Source of the DNA: an uncultured Clostridia bacterium
GTDB lineage: Bacteria > Bacillota > Clostridia > Christensenellales > CAG-138
Direction of reading: 5' to 3'
Length of the DNA stretch: 64,000 nucleotides
Assembly: GCA_934633985.1 (NCBI GenBank)
Contig: CAKTYU010000003.1
Coordinates: 9,507-73,506, forward strand
Shown piece by piece: positions 29,200-37,841 of the stretch (the stretch's first letter is position 1; each line of letters opens with the position of its first letter). A model generated the notes under the pieces. The model ran no database searches, was not told the origin of the DNA, and was given only the letters and a program-made list of their open reading frames with translations. The position numbers and the translations under genes are program-made.

Positions 29200-30339
29200 A
29201 TGAAGCACATAACATACACCGCAGAATCCGTCTGCGAAGGGCACCCCGATAAACTCTGCGACCTGATTGCCGACGCAGTCCTAGATGAGTGCCTAATGAA
29301 AGACGAGAATGCCCGCGTCGCCTGCGAGGTGTTGGCGACGGCTGGAAAAATCATCGTGGCAGGTGAGATCACCACCTTAGAAATGCCGGATATTGAGCGT
29401 ATCGTATTGCAGACCGTAGAGGCCGTGGGCTACGATCCCGAGGGCTACGACGTGGATATCCTCATCCACAGCCAGAGCGCTGACATCGCAAGCGGCGTGG
29501 ACGCGCCCGCCGAGGAGGATCCCGACGGACAGGGTGCGGGCGATCAGGGCGTCATGTACGGCTACGCCACCGACGAAACGCCTGAAATGCTGCCTTTACC
29601 TTGTGTGCTTGCTCACAGAATCACAAGGCTCCTCAACCTCGCCCGCATCGAGGGGCTTATAAAAGGCCTCAAGCCTGACGGCAAGGTGCAGGTGTCCGTG
29701 ATCTACGAGGACGGCATACCCAGGGAGGTCAGCGCCGTGGTCGTATCCGTTCAGCACGACGAAGATAAGGACTTGACCGAGCTGGAAAACGAGGTAAAAT
29801 TCGTCGTCGTATTCGCCGCGCTCGAGGACATCCCGCTGTCGGAGAATTTCACCCTGCTTGTGAACCCATCCGGACGCTTTGTGCTGGGTGGCACTGAAGC
29901 CGACACCGGCGTGACCGGAAGAAAACTCATGGCAGACAGCTACGGCAGCTTCATACCCCATGGCGGCGGCGCGTTCTCCGGCAAGGACGCCAGCAAGGTG
30001 GATCGCTCCGGCGCGTACATGGCAAGGTATATAGCCAAAAACATCGTAGCGGCAAAGCTCGCCAGAAGGTGCCTGATCTCCCTGTCGTATGCCATAGGCG
30101 TGGCGGAACCGATAGAAATATCCATGGATACCTGCGGCACCGGAGTTGTTTCGGACTCTGAGCTTCTCAAGGCAGTCCGCGCGGTGTTCGACTGCCGCCC
30201 CGCCGTGATAAGCGAGGAACTGGGACTTTATCAGCCCATATTTACGGATACCACCAACTATGGGCACTTCGGCAAAACCTGCCTGCCGTGGGAGGAAACC
30301 GATCGTGTGAACGAGCTTCTGGACGCCGTCGGGAGGTAA
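29200..30339 (+). CDS. metK: S-adenosylmethionine synthetase (methionine adenosyltransferase), ICE-borne copy
   Basis: ORF 29164..30339. ATG at 29200 after AGGAGG (29185-29190). Motifs ESVCEGHPDK, GAGDQGVMYGYATDET, GGGAFSGKDASKVDRSGAY. Confidence 0.9.
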   Translation: MKHITYTAESVCEGHPDKLCDLIADAVLDECLMKDENARVACEVLATAGKIIVAGEITTLEMPDIERIVLQTVEAVGYDPEGYDVDILIHSQSADIASGVDAPAEEDPDGQGAGDQGVMYGYATDETPEMLPLPCVLAHRITRLLNLARIEGLIKGLKPDGKVQVSVIYEDGIPREVSAVVVSVQHDEDKDLTELENEVKFVVVFAALEDIPLSENFTLLVNPSGRFVLGGTEADTGVTGRKLMADSYGSFIPHGGGAFSGKDASKVDRSGAYMARYIAKNIVAAKLARRCLISLSYAIGVAEPIEISMDTCGTGVVSDSELLKAVRAVFDCRPAVISEELGLYQPIFTDTTNYGHFGKTCLPWEETDRVNELLDAVGR

Positions 30340-30342
30340 GGC

Positions 30343-31323
30343 ATGGCCGGCGTTACCCGCGAACAGATCGCGCAGGCCAGGCGCATGACAGCCATAGAGT
30401 ACCTGCTCAAGTATGAGCCCTACGACCTTAAGCGTTGCGGGCGCGGCGAATACGAGCTCCGCAGCCACGACAGCTTTAAGATCAATGAAGAAACCGGCAA
30501 GTGGCATTGGAAATCAAGGGATATAGGGGGGCGAACAGCCCTCGATTTACTAATCCATGTGCGTGGGCAGGCGTTTCTTGACGCTGTGCGGCAGCTATGC
30601 GACGAACAACCACTCTTTGACCCAGCGCTCATTGCGGAAAAGCCCAGAAAGGCTCTCCTGCTTCCCTGCCCCTCCCCGGACTGCGATCGCGCCGTATCCT
30701 ACCTCCACAGCCGGGGAATCTCTATGAACGTGCTGGACTTCTGCCGTGAGCAGGGTCTGTTCTACGAGGATATGCCACATCACAACGTCGTGTTCGTAGC
30801 ACGGGACAAGGAAGGCACACCCCGTTTTGCCTGCAAGCGCGGCACATGGGGCAGGAACTACAAGCGGGACGTCGAGGGTAGCGAAAAGAAGTACGGCTGC
30901 CGCATCAGCCCAGATGGCGAGAGCGATATCGCAGCCGTATATGAGAGCATAATAGACGCAATGAGCCACGCGACGCTGGACGAGCAGGAGGGCAGGTCGT
31001 GGAAGGACAAATACCGGCTGGCGCTCGGCGGCATATACGCCCCCGGCCCGGAAATGGCCAGAGCTGCCCGCCGCCCACCTAAGCCCCCTGCGGCGCTGGA
31101 GCAGTTCCTTTCAGAGCATCCGCATATACGCCGTATAGAGATATGCACCGACAATGACTTTGCGGGCAGGTACGCCGCAAAACGGATAGAAGAACACTAT
31201 CGGGATAAATACGAGCTCGCACTTCTTTTGCCTGTTCCCGAGGGCTTTGATTATAACGATATGGCAAAAGAGCACATGACGAACTGCCGCCGGAGGGCGG
31301 CAAAAAGCAACCCGTGCATATAG
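30343..31323 (+). CDS. DUF3991/Toprim domain protein (ICE primase-like)
   Basis: 326 aa. N-terminal ..EYLL....L.R.G..EY.L..HDS..I......W.W.S, C-terminal Toprim-like ICTDNDFAGR. Confidence 0.7.
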   Translation: MAGVTREQIAQARRMTAIEYLLKYEPYDLKRCGRGEYELRSHDSFKINEETGKWHWKSRDIGGRTALDLLIHVRGQAFLDAVRQLCDEQPLFDPALIAEKPRKALLLPCPSPDCDRAVSYLHSRGISMNVLDFCREQGLFYEDMPHHNVVFVARDKEGTPRFACKRGTWGRNYKRDVEGSEKKYGCRISPDGESDIAAVYESIIDAMSHATLDEQEGRSWKDKYRLALGGIYAPGPEMARAARRPPKPPAALEQFLSEHPHIRRIEICTDNDFAGRYAAKRIEEHYRDKYELALLLPVPEGFDYNDMAKEHMTNCRRRAAKSNPCI

Positions 31324-31364
31324 CGCGGGTTCTTTTCTATAATGAACGAAAGCGAGATCCACAA

Positions 31365-32087
31365 ATGACGAAAAAAAACTGGAGCATACTGCACGGCGAC
31401 TCCCTGCAGGTGCTCAAAGCCTTTGAGTGCGACGCCTTCGACGCCATTATCTGCGATCCCCCGTATGCTTCGGGCGGCAGGACTCAGGCCGAGAAGGTTA
31501 AATCGACCACGAAAAAATACAGCAGCATGGGCGACAGCGCACCCCCTCCCTTTGACGGTGACGCGAAGGACCAGCGGAGCTGGACGGATTGGGCGGCGGA
31601 ATGGCTATCCGAGTGCCGCCGCATCTCCAAGTCCGGCGCACCGGTGGCGGTATTCATTGATTGGCGGCAGCTGCCCTCTCTGACCGATGCTCTCCAGTGG
31701 GCGGGCTGGATATGGCGTGGCATCGCCGTATGGGATAAGCAAAATTGCCGCCCGCAGAAGGGGCGCTTCAAGCAGCAGAGCGAATTCATAGTATGGGGCA
31801 GCAACGGCGATATGCCCATATCCCGCCCCGTACCCTGCCTGCCCGGTGTGTTCCGGTACCCCAATCCGCAACAGCGCATCCATCTAACGGAAAAGCCCAT
31901 CGGTCTAATGCGCGATATCGTGAAGATCGCAGAACCCGGTGGGCATATACTCGATCCTTTCTGCGGCGGCGGCACTACCATACTCGCCGCCGTGCAGGAG
32001 GGATACAGGGCTACGGGCATTGAAATGAGCTGTGAATACGCAAAGCTTGCTGCGGAGCGTATGCATACGGCGTTAAAACCGGAGTGA
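31365..32087 (+). CDS. DNA methyltransferase, beta-class N6A/N4C (DPPY), no adjacent endonuclease
   Basis: ORF 31314..32087. ATG at 31365. Motif IV IICDPPY precedes motif I DPFCGGGTT (beta permutation). Confidence 0.85.
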   Translation: MTKKNWSILHGDSLQVLKAFECDAFDAIICDPPYASGGRTQAEKVKSTTKKYSSMGDSAPPPFDGDAKDQRSWTDWAAEWLSECRRISKSGAPVAVFIDWRQLPSLTDALQWAGWIWRGIAVWDKQNCRPQKGRFKQQSEFIVWGSNGDMPISRPVPCLPGVFRYPNPQQRIHLTEKPIGLMRDIVKIAEPGGHILDPFCGGGTTILAAVQEGYRATGIEMSCEYAKLAAERMHTALKPE

Positions 32088-32151
32088 TGCTCACATGTGA
32101 GCATCACTTTTCCTACGTCCGCCTGCGCGTGAGCATCATATATGAGCATCA
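32086..32151 (+). promoter_or_regulatory. candidate oriT or relaxosome-binding repeat cluster
   Basis: Perfect 20-bp palindrome GATGCTCACA/TGTGAGCATC (32086-32105). Its right arm counts as the first of three direct TGAGCATCA copies (32099, 32130, 32143). Lies about 0.7 kb upstream of mobC/relaxase. Confidence 0.4.
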
Positions 32152-32335
32152 CAGCTGCGTACAGCCAAGATTACCATCGTAGCATCGGATAAACAGCGAG
32201 TGCAACAGGCCTTGGCAAGGCCGGGAATCATGTCTCAAGCATAGCGCCGAGGGCTCTTGCCGCCCTTCGCACACCATTCAAGGTGGCAATCCCCCTAACC
32301 CCCCAACAATACAACGCAGTAGGGAGAAATATTAT

Positions 32336-32773
32336 ATGGACGATGTTAGAAAAGGCCGTGAGCCATTGGTCATACGCAACCTGTTTTTCGCCTGTAAGCC
32401 AAACTGTCTCAAGGACGCCATACGCGCGGAGCAGAAATATGAGAGAACCGACGTTGCGGTTGTGGAAAAGGTAGTCACATTGTCCCATGAGGATTTTGTG
32501 AATTTCATGGAGGATCTTAACTCCGACAGAGCGTTCATCACGGACAACATTAAAGATATGGGCATGGACAGTCATAAGAGATGGCATTGCTTGCTGGTGA
32601 TCGGGGCTGGTGAAAAGGACGGCATATTGGTGCAGTCGGAGGGCTTCGCCTATCCCCGTTACGCTGCTCGGCTCAAGGGTGCCGGCCTCATAGACAAAAG
32701 CAGTATCCCGCACACTCCCGGCAAGCTCAGCGGCATCATGCCCAGAAAGCGGATAAACAGAAAGGAGCGGTAA
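32336..32773 (+). CDS. conserved ICE hypothetical protein
   Basis: 145-aa ORF with AGGGAG RBS, same strand as the operon. ..HCLLV.GAGEKDGILVQSEGFAYPRYAA.. resembles a family I recall from Firmicutes ICEs. Preferred over the overlapping minus-strand ORF 32228..32713. Confidence 0.55.
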   Translation: MDDVRKGREPLVIRNLFFACKPNCLKDAIRAEQKYERTDVAVVEKVVTLSHEDFVNFMEDLNSDRAFITDNIKDMGMDSHKRWHCLLVIGAGEKDGILVQSEGFAYPRYAARLKGAGLIDKSSIPHTPGKLSGIMPRKRINRKER

Positions 32774-32778
32774 GGAAT

Positions 32779-33087
32779 ATGAGCCACCGTAAATATCTTA
32801 TACGACTGCGCTTGAGCAGCTCGGAACATAGCCTGTTCATGAGGAAGGTCGAAGAAAGCGGGTTGAGTCAGGCCGCCTTCATACGCCGGCTCATCAATGG
32901 CGCAACATTGGCGCAGCGCCCCTGCGAGCATCACGGAGAACTGCTCGCCACGCTTTCGGACATTTCCAACGGCGTGGGCGAGATACTAAGGCATTCACGT
33001 GCCGGGGATACGCTGACAGAACAGGACTCCAACAGGCTTCACACCCTCATATCGGATGCCTGGCGCGTCGTGAGCGAACGGTACTGA
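32779..33087 (+). CDS. mobC: MobC-family relaxosome accessory protein (RHH)
   Basis: 102 aa. ..IRLRLSSSEHSLFMRKVEESGLSQAAFIRRLI.G. Lies immediately upstream of the relaxase. Confidence 0.8.
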   Translation: MSHRKYLIRLRLSSSEHSLFMRKVEESGLSQAAFIRRLINGATLAQRPCEHHGELLATLSDISNGVGEILRHSRAGDTLTEQDSNRLHTLISDAWRVVSERY

Positions 33088-33088
33088 T

Positions 33089-34474
33089 ATGGCGTGGACT
33101 GGTATCAGGATGATACGCGACAGCATAAAACGGTCTGTGGATTATGTGCAGGACGCCAAAAAGACCGCACTGGAGAACAATATCGATTACGCCTTCAACC
33201 GTGGCAAGACAGAAACGACCCTTTTTGAAAGCGCAATAGGCTGCTCCAACGATAACGCTTATCGGGAGATGACGGCGGCAAAGCACCGCTTCCATAAGGA
33301 GGACGGCGTTCAAGGGTATCACCTTGTCCAGTCCTTTCAGACAGGCGAGGTCACACCGGAACGCTGCCATTCCCTCGGTTTGGAGCTTGCCCGCCGCCTG
33401 CTCCCCGAAGGGTATCAGGTGATCATATGCACGCACCTCAATACGGCTCAGTACCATAACCATCTCGTATGGAACTCGGTCAACAGCATAACCGGCAGGA
33501 AATATCATGTTGGAGAAAAGGACCTCTACCTCACCATTCGCCGTATATCCGACGATCTATGCCGCGAAAACGGGCTATCGGTTATCAGCCCCATACCCGG
33601 CAGCCGGGGCAAGCATTACGCCGAGATACTCGCGGAGCGCAGCGGCGAGCCCACCCAGAGAGCTGTGCTTCGGGAGGCCATAGACCGGGCTATCTCCAGC
33701 GACAGGGTATTCAGCTCCCAAGCACTGCTGGAATATCTTGAGCAATGCGGCTACAAGGTAGACGCCAATCCCCGCCGCAAATACGTGAAGGCGCTGCCTC
33801 CCGGCGCCGAGCGGTATATACGATTAGGCGAAAAGCTGGGCGAAGGTTACAGCTGGAATGACATACTGCAAAGATTGGCTGAAAAGCCTATTCCTCGAAA
33901 AACAGGCCTCTCCCATATCCATCTCGGCGAGGACATATCAGAGGGGTTTACGGCTTCACTTCGCAGAGAAAGCCGCGCAAAGCACCGGCGTGTACTGCTG
34001 CGCCCCACCTCCCTCCGTGCAGCCCTTTCCCTGCGCGGGCTGCGCGCCCTCTACTTTGACTACCTACGGCGCATGGGGGTACGCCTCGGAAACCGGCGCG
34101 TAGGGCCGGAAGAAGCCTTGGCTCTCAAGGCGGACATATCAAAGCTGAATCGGCGCATACGGCAGATGCACTATCTTTCCCGCACGGGATACGAAACCAT
34201 CGAGCAGCTCCACGCCCGAACCGCCGAACTGCGGGAGCAGATAAAGCCGTTGCTCTTGGAACGGAAGAAGCTGTACCGCAAGCCGGGCAGCGAGCCGGAG
34301 ATCGCGGCAATAAACAAACGCCTCCGCCCCGTGTGGGCGGAGATCTATTTGTGCAGGGATATAGAAAAACACTCCGAGTATATTAGAAGCAAGCTGCGGG
34401 ACGTGCGGGAGGCGCAGCGGGCAAACCAGTTAGAACAGCATACCGCACAGAGGCATGAACGCCCGCGAAGATAA
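33089..34474 (+). CDS. relaxase/mobilisation nuclease
   Basis: 461 aa. ..GYHLVQSF.. and histidine-triad region CTHLNTAQYHNHLVWNSV. Long helical C-terminal part. Confidence 0.85.
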   Translation: MAWTGIRMIRDSIKRSVDYVQDAKKTALENNIDYAFNRGKTETTLFESAIGCSNDNAYREMTAAKHRFHKEDGVQGYHLVQSFQTGEVTPERCHSLGLELARRLLPEGYQVIICTHLNTAQYHNHLVWNSVNSITGRKYHVGEKDLYLTIRRISDDLCRENGLSVISPIPGSRGKHYAEILAERSGEPTQRAVLREAIDRAISSDRVFSSQALLEYLEQCGYKVDANPRRKYVKALPPGAERYIRLGEKLGEGYSWNDILQRLAEKPIPRKTGLSHIHLGEDISEGFTASLRRESRAKHRRVLLRPTSLRAALSLRGLRALYFDYLRRMGVRLGNRRVGPEEALALKADISKLNRRIRQMHYLSRTGYETIEQLHARTAELREQIKPLLLERKKLYRKPGSEPEIAAINKRLRPVWAEIYLCRDIEKHSEYIRSKLRDVREAQRANQLEQHTAQRHERPRR

Positions 34475-34489
34475 CTATTATTCTATGAT

Positions 34490-35146
34490 TTGGAGGAAAC
34501 AGATATGCTAAACAGTTCAGACGCCGCCGATCAGGTGGTGAAATACACCCTCGAGGGCACGGAGGTCGCACTGAAGCTATCCGGCCTCGCGGCAAAAAAC
34601 GTTGCAATTTACCTGATCGCAGTGCTCAACGAGAACAAAAAGACCCGCGGCAGGGCCGGAATCGAGCGTATGCTGCGGGAGGGCAAGCCTATCAAGCTGT
34701 TCCGGATACCCACGAAGCAGCTCAGGGCATTCGCTAAGGAATCCAGAAAATATGGATTCCTTTTTTACGCCATGCTCGACAGGCGGAACCCCGCTCCCGA
34801 AACCGACGTCATGGTATTCGCCAGAGACGCAGCACGAGTGAACAGGGTGCTCGACAGACTGAGCCTCGCCGTCGTGGATACCGGCTCGATAGAGTCCGAT
34901 ACCGCCAAGGTCCGAGGTGATCAAAGCCCTTTCGCCCGGGAGAACGGGAATCCGTGCGGGATTTCCTCGCCCTCCGGCAGCGGCTCGGCGTACCGCCCCG
35001 AGCGCGGCGACGCCGGCAGGGATAGGAAGCCTGTCAGGGAAACGCTATATGAGATGATACGCGATAACAAAAAGCTCAGCGTCCGGAATGGGCGGCCGTT
35101 CGCCCGCTCCCCCAAACGTGAGCTGCCCAAATCGAAAGTAAGGTGA
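34490..35146 (+). CDS. PcfB family protein (DUF3801)
   Basis: 218 aa. ..VVKYTLEGTEVALKLSGLAAKNVAIYLIAVL.. and its position between relaxase and coupling protein. Confidence 0.7.
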   Translation: MEETDMLNSSDAADQVVKYTLEGTEVALKLSGLAAKNVAIYLIAVLNENKKTRGRAGIERMLREGKPIKLFRIPTKQLRAFAKESRKYGFLFYAMLDRRNPAPETDVMVFARDAARVNRVLDRLSLAVVDTGSIESDTAKVRGDQSPFARENGNPCGISSPSGSGSAYRPERGDAGRDRKPVRETLYEMIRDNKKLSVRNGRPFARSPKRELPKSKVR

Positions 35147-35153
35147 CCGCTAT

Positions 35154-36941
35154 ATGCAGCTGCCACCTGTCGGCGGCGGGAGAAAGCTCCTGCCGCTGTT
35201 ATTTTTTTGTATTCCCGTGATATGGCTGGCAGCGCTATTTGCACAGGCCGTTCAGCCCGGCATGAGCATTGCTGAAGCTATGGCCTCGCTGACCGCTACC
35301 CTTTCCGATCCCTTCGCCCTTGCCTGGACGGATCGGACGGCAAAATGCATACTCCTTTTCCTCCTGTCTTACGGAACGGCGATGGGCATTTGCGTCTCAG
35401 ACAGGAGGAACTACCGCAGGCGTGAGGAGTATGGCAGCGCCGCATGGGGCAGCGTCAGCCCAATCGCCAAGCGGTACAGGGCCGCGAAATACGAGGATAA
35501 CCTGCTGCTTACAAAGCGCTTTTACATGGGACTGAATGGGCACAAGCACAAGAGGAACCTGAACGTGCTGGTAATAGGCGGCAGCGGCGCTGGTAAAACA
35601 AGGTTCTACGCCAAGCCCAATATCATGCAATGCAACTGCTCGTATATCATTACTGACCCTAAGGCCGAGATACTCCGCTCCACAGGGCATCTGCTAAAGG
35701 GCAAGGGCTATGACGTTCGGGTTTTTGACCTTATAAACCCGGAAGCATCCATGTGCTACAATCCCTTCCGGTATATTTCAGACGACAAGGATGTCCTAAG
35801 GCTCATATCCAACCTTATCAAAAACACCACCCCCAAGGGCTCCCATGAATCCGACCCGTTCTGGACAAAGGCGGAAACGGCGCTTTTGCAGGCGCTCATG
35901 CTGTACCTCATTAAGGAGGCGCCGGAGGACGAACAGAACTTCGCCATGGTACTCGATATGATAGCCGCTGCTGACGTGCGCGAGGATGATGAGTCGTATC
36001 AAGGCCCGCTCGACCTTCTCTTCGAGCGGCTGGAGGCGCGCGACCCATCCAGCATCGCCGTGAAGCAGTACAGGGTGTTCAAGCAGGCCGCGGGCAAAAC
36101 CGCCAAAAGCATACTCGTGTCAGCAGGGGTCCGCCTTGCCGCATTCAATCTGCCGCAGATAGCGGGGCTGACCTGTGCGGACGAGATGCGTCTTGAGGAT
36201 CTGGGCGAAAGAAAGGTCGCCCTGTTCTGCTGCATACCCGACAGCGACCCGTCGCTCAATTACCTCGTGGGTATGCTATACACCCAATGCTTCCAGACGC
36301 TTTATCAGCTCGCGGACAGGAAATACGGCGGCAGGCTACCCGTCCATGTCCATGCCGTAATGGACGAATGGGCCAATGTGAGTCTGCCTGACGATTTTGA
36401 AAAGCTGCTTTCCACCATGCGCGGCCGTGAAATATCCGTGAGCATCATCGTACAAAACATCGCCCAGATAAAGGCTCTGTTCAAGGATTCGTGGGAATCC
36501 GTCATAGGAAATTGTGACAGCCTGCTGTATCTTGGCGGGAACGAGCAAAGTACGCACGAATATCTCTCAAAGGCGCTCGGCAAGGAAACACTGGATACCA
36601 ATACCTATGGGCAAAGCAAGGGCAGAAACGGAAGTTATTCCATCAACTACCAGCAGACGGGGCGCGAGCTACTGCAGCCCGACGAGATAAGAAAGCTCGA
36701 CAACCGGTATGCGATACTGCTACTACGCGGCGAACCGCCCATGTTAGACGATAAATACGACATACTCGCTCACCCCAATATACGCATGACCTCGGACGGC
36801 AGCGCGCCCGCCTACGATCACACCCTGACCCCACGCGCTGTGGAGGACGTAATGCTCGACCCCGGCAGGTTCGGCGATTACGACATACTCGACGCCGATG
36901 CCATACTCAATAACGCATACGAAGGAGATCAACCCACATGA
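35154..36941 (+). CDS. type IV coupling protein (VirD4/TraG family)
   Basis: 595 aa. Two N-terminal TM segments, Walker A VIGGSGAGKT, Walker-B-like VMDEWAN. Confidence 0.9.
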   Translation: MQLPPVGGGRKLLPLLFFCIPVIWLAALFAQAVQPGMSIAEAMASLTATLSDPFALAWTDRTAKCILLFLLSYGTAMGICVSDRRNYRRREEYGSAAWGSVSPIAKRYRAAKYEDNLLLTKRFYMGLNGHKHKRNLNVLVIGGSGAGKTRFYAKPNIMQCNCSYIITDPKAEILRSTGHLLKGKGYDVRVFDLINPEASMCYNPFRYISDDKDVLRLISNLIKNTTPKGSHESDPFWTKAETALLQALMLYLIKEAPEDEQNFAMVLDMIAAADVREDDESYQGPLDLLFERLEARDPSSIAVKQYRVFKQAAGKTAKSILVSAGVRLAAFNLPQIAGLTCADEMRLEDLGERKVALFCCIPDSDPSLNYLVGMLYTQCFQTLYQLADRKYGGRLPVHVHAVMDEWANVSLPDDFEKLLSTMRGREISVSIIVQNIAQIKALFKDSWESVIGNCDSLLYLGGNEQSTHEYLSKALGKETLDTNTYGQSKGRNGSYSINYQQTGRELLQPDEIRKLDNRYAILLLRGEPPMLDDKYDILAHPNIRMTSDGSAPAYDHTLTPRAVEDVMLDPGRFGDYDILDADAILNNAYEGDQPT

Positions 36942-37237
36942 AAAGCAAGACCATAAGGCGCCTTTTTGCCGTCTGCTGTGCATTTGCGGCTGTGTTCGCG
37001 TTCGCCGCGCCTGCGCTGGCGGACGGCGACCCGCTACAGGTAGTTAACAACCTCTCGGAATTCATTTTCAGCCTCATCCGCGCAATAGGCCTTATACTCC
37101 TGGGCTTAGGCATTGTGCAGATTGGTTTGAGCTTGAAATCGCACGACCCGTCGCAGAGGGCTAACGGATTCCTGACCTTGGCAGGCGGCGTAATCATAAT
37201 GTTTGCAAAGGAAATTTTGGACCTCATCACAGGCTAA
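36938..37237 (+). CDS. Maff2 family small membrane protein
   Basis: 99 aa. Signal ..APALADGDP, two hydrophobic helices. Typical position after the T4CP. Confidence 0.65.
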   Translation: MKSKTIRRLFAVCCAFAAVFAFAAPALADGDPLQVVNNLSEFIFSLIRAIGLILLGLGIVQIGLSLKSHDPSQRANGFLTLAGGVIIMFAKEILDLITG

Positions 37238-37297
37238 GTCCAGCATCGCGTATGTGCGGCGGGAAACTACTCACCGCACGCTTGGAGGTGATTCGAT

Positions 37298-37841
37298 TTG
37301 AGCGACAACTGGATCGTGGAAATACTGCAAAACGCCCTGAACACATGGAACGACAAGCTGAACGAGGTATGGGGGCTCATAACTGAAAGCCCGGAAAACT
37401 TCAAGGGCGGGACTGCATGGGGCGTGATCAAAAACGTACACGGCAGCCTTAAGGCCATGGGCTACGGACTGCTGGTTCTTTTCTTCGTCATGGGCGTCGT
37501 AAAAACCTGCGGCAGCTTCGCAGAGGTAAAGCGTCCGGAGGTGGCGGTGAAAATGTTTATCCGCTTTGCGCTGGCTGAGGCCGCGATAACCCACGGCATG
37601 GAGCTGCTCATGGCGATACTCTCCGTATGCCAGGGAGTGGTATCCGAGATTATGGGTTCGGGCAGTGCCGATGGGCAGGCCCCACTGAGTGTACCCACTT
37701 CTATCGTGACGGCGATAGAAAGCGTGGGATTTCTCGACTCCATACCGCTGTGGATAGTGTCCTTGATAGCGAGTCTGTTGGTGACGGCGCTGTCCTTCGT
37801 GGTAGTGCTTACTGTGTACAGCCGCTTTTTCAAGCTGTACT
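37298..37841 (+). CDS. VirB6/TrbL-like T4SS membrane protein, exon 1 (interrupted by group II intron)
   Basis: Reading frame from ATG 37298 is polytopic up to ..VYSRFFKLY. Intron GTGCG starts at 37842. The unspliced frame reads through 9 more codons to a stop at 37867. Confidence 0.8.

Noticed and set aside
32228-32713. 161-aa minus-strand ORF overlapping the 145-aa plus-strand gene upstream of mobC
   Set aside because: The plus-strand ORF has an RBS, fits the unidirectional operon and resembles a conserved ICE protein. The minus-strand ORF would be the only reverse gene in a 30-kb co-directional block.
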